Below, in pieces: positions 62,884 through 64,000 of a DNA stretch of 64,000 bases. The stretch's first letter is position 1. The number at the start of each line of letters is the position of its first letter. The notes under the pieces are model-generated. The model was not told the origin of the DNA. It saw only the letters and a program-made list of their open reading frames with translations, and searched no databases. Both the position numbers and the translations under genes were made by a program. The DNA lies in the NCBI RefSeq assembly GCF_036365525.1, contig NW_027140807.1, forward strand, positions 1,364,001 through 1,428,000, given 5' to 3'. Origin of the DNA: Heterodontus francisci. Taxonomy: Eukaryota.

Positions 62884-63639
62884 GTTTGCTGTGGATCTGA
62901 GAGACTTTCTGCTGGTTACTCTGGGTTTTAAGGGAGGGAGAGAGATGAGGTGTAGGCAGAGCGGATCGTCATCAAAGGAAGTTATCTCAAGGCAATGATC
63001 CCCGCCCCTACCTTTAAGTTGTCCCCCATTCTTTTGTTTGCTTCCTTCCGCCCCTTTCCACTTGTTTCTTCTCTCCATTTCCCTCCTTCCTCCCCACTTT
63101 CTACTCTGCTGCCAATATCTTCACTCTCTTCCCTTTGTGAGCTTGCTTTCATGCTGAATCGAGGGAAATTTTGAAGGTAGCGAGGTGTTGGAGAGGGTAG
63201 GTGAAAAAAGCAAGGAGCGGTGCAACAATAGCTGCTTTGGGTGACTCCAGAGCTTATGGCGCACAACAGGGGATTATTAACATCCTTTTGCAAATTAAAA
63301 TCAGTAGTGGAGGAAGAGAAGGTGGATAGTTCGATGGCAGTGGCGGCGGCTCATATAACATCACTGTAAAGTGGAAATCTAACTGCATTTAGCCTTTAAA
63401 GTGAAAAGATTGCGGAAGCAGAGGAATTGACTCATTGATCAGCGGCGCCAAAGCCTGTGGTGGCGCGAAATATAGTGGAGCCACTGCGCCGACCAGTGGC
63501 AGCATGGTGCAACTGCAACAAGCTGTGTTTGTTACTTTCCCAGTGAAACCCATGCTGTGGGCTTCTTCAAGTCAATTCCCGAAATTCATCCTCCTTCTCA
63601 GTGTTTCATCCTCTCCTGCAGAGGATTATTACCCGCAGA

Positions 63640-63974
63640 ATTAACGATACAAATTCAGTCTTTGTCCTAATTTCCTGCCAGTATCTGTACAGATGTAAAG
63701 CAGAAGAGTGAAATCTACATGAGCAAAAGTGGGTGTAGATGTTATATGGTTAACAGTATATTCTTCACACTTTTGTTGCCAAAAAAGGGGGAACAGATTA
63801 ATGAGTTCACTGTCTTATATTCAATAATTGATTGCTGATTTCACAAGTCACCGCCGCACAGTCTTGTTGAGATCATTAATCAGTTGATCAAATGTAGAGC
63901 AGTGATTGTGACAGAATTTAAACATACTCAGCGACAGAAGGAAAATAGCAAACGTCGATGAAATTGAATGGCAT
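63640..63974 (-). pseudogene. TRBV: Duplicated family-3 leader + intron, frameshifted, V exon absent
   Basis: 63640-63974 parallels 62540-62883; 47-bp leader (1-nt insertion); homology stops before the acceptor. Confidence 0.75.
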
Positions 63975-64000
63975 GTTTGCGGCGGAATTAAGACACTTTC

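Overview
Eukaryotic (cartilaginous fish; the constant region closely resembles my recollection of horn shark Heterodontus TCR-beta) T-cell receptor beta locus with several N gaps and dense CR1/RTE LINE, SINE and CT/GA microsatellite content. On the + strand, 1-16 kb holds a J-beta cluster (10 ORF-type J, 1 pseudo-J, 1 donor-less J-like segment in frame with C; D and any further J lie upstream of the window) and an intact 4-exon C-beta1. Candidate enhancer modules lie at ~19 and ~21.7 kb. On the - strand, tail-to-tail with C-beta1, there is a second, highly divergent D-J-J-C cluster that the ORF track does not resolve. Its C Ig exon is disabled, but its hinge, TM and cytoplasmic exons, splice sites and polyA signal are intact. 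Beyond it is an array of inverted V-beta genes with 23-RSS (4 apparently functional from 3 families, plus 6 pseudogenes/remnants). Two 45-bp tandem arrays, each unit carrying a full CTCF motif (core plus upstream motif), sit at the D-V boundary (8.5 copies) and directly behind one V RSS (5 copies). All copies face the D-J-C centre, suggesting a loop-extrusion/RAG-scanning control architecture in a shark.
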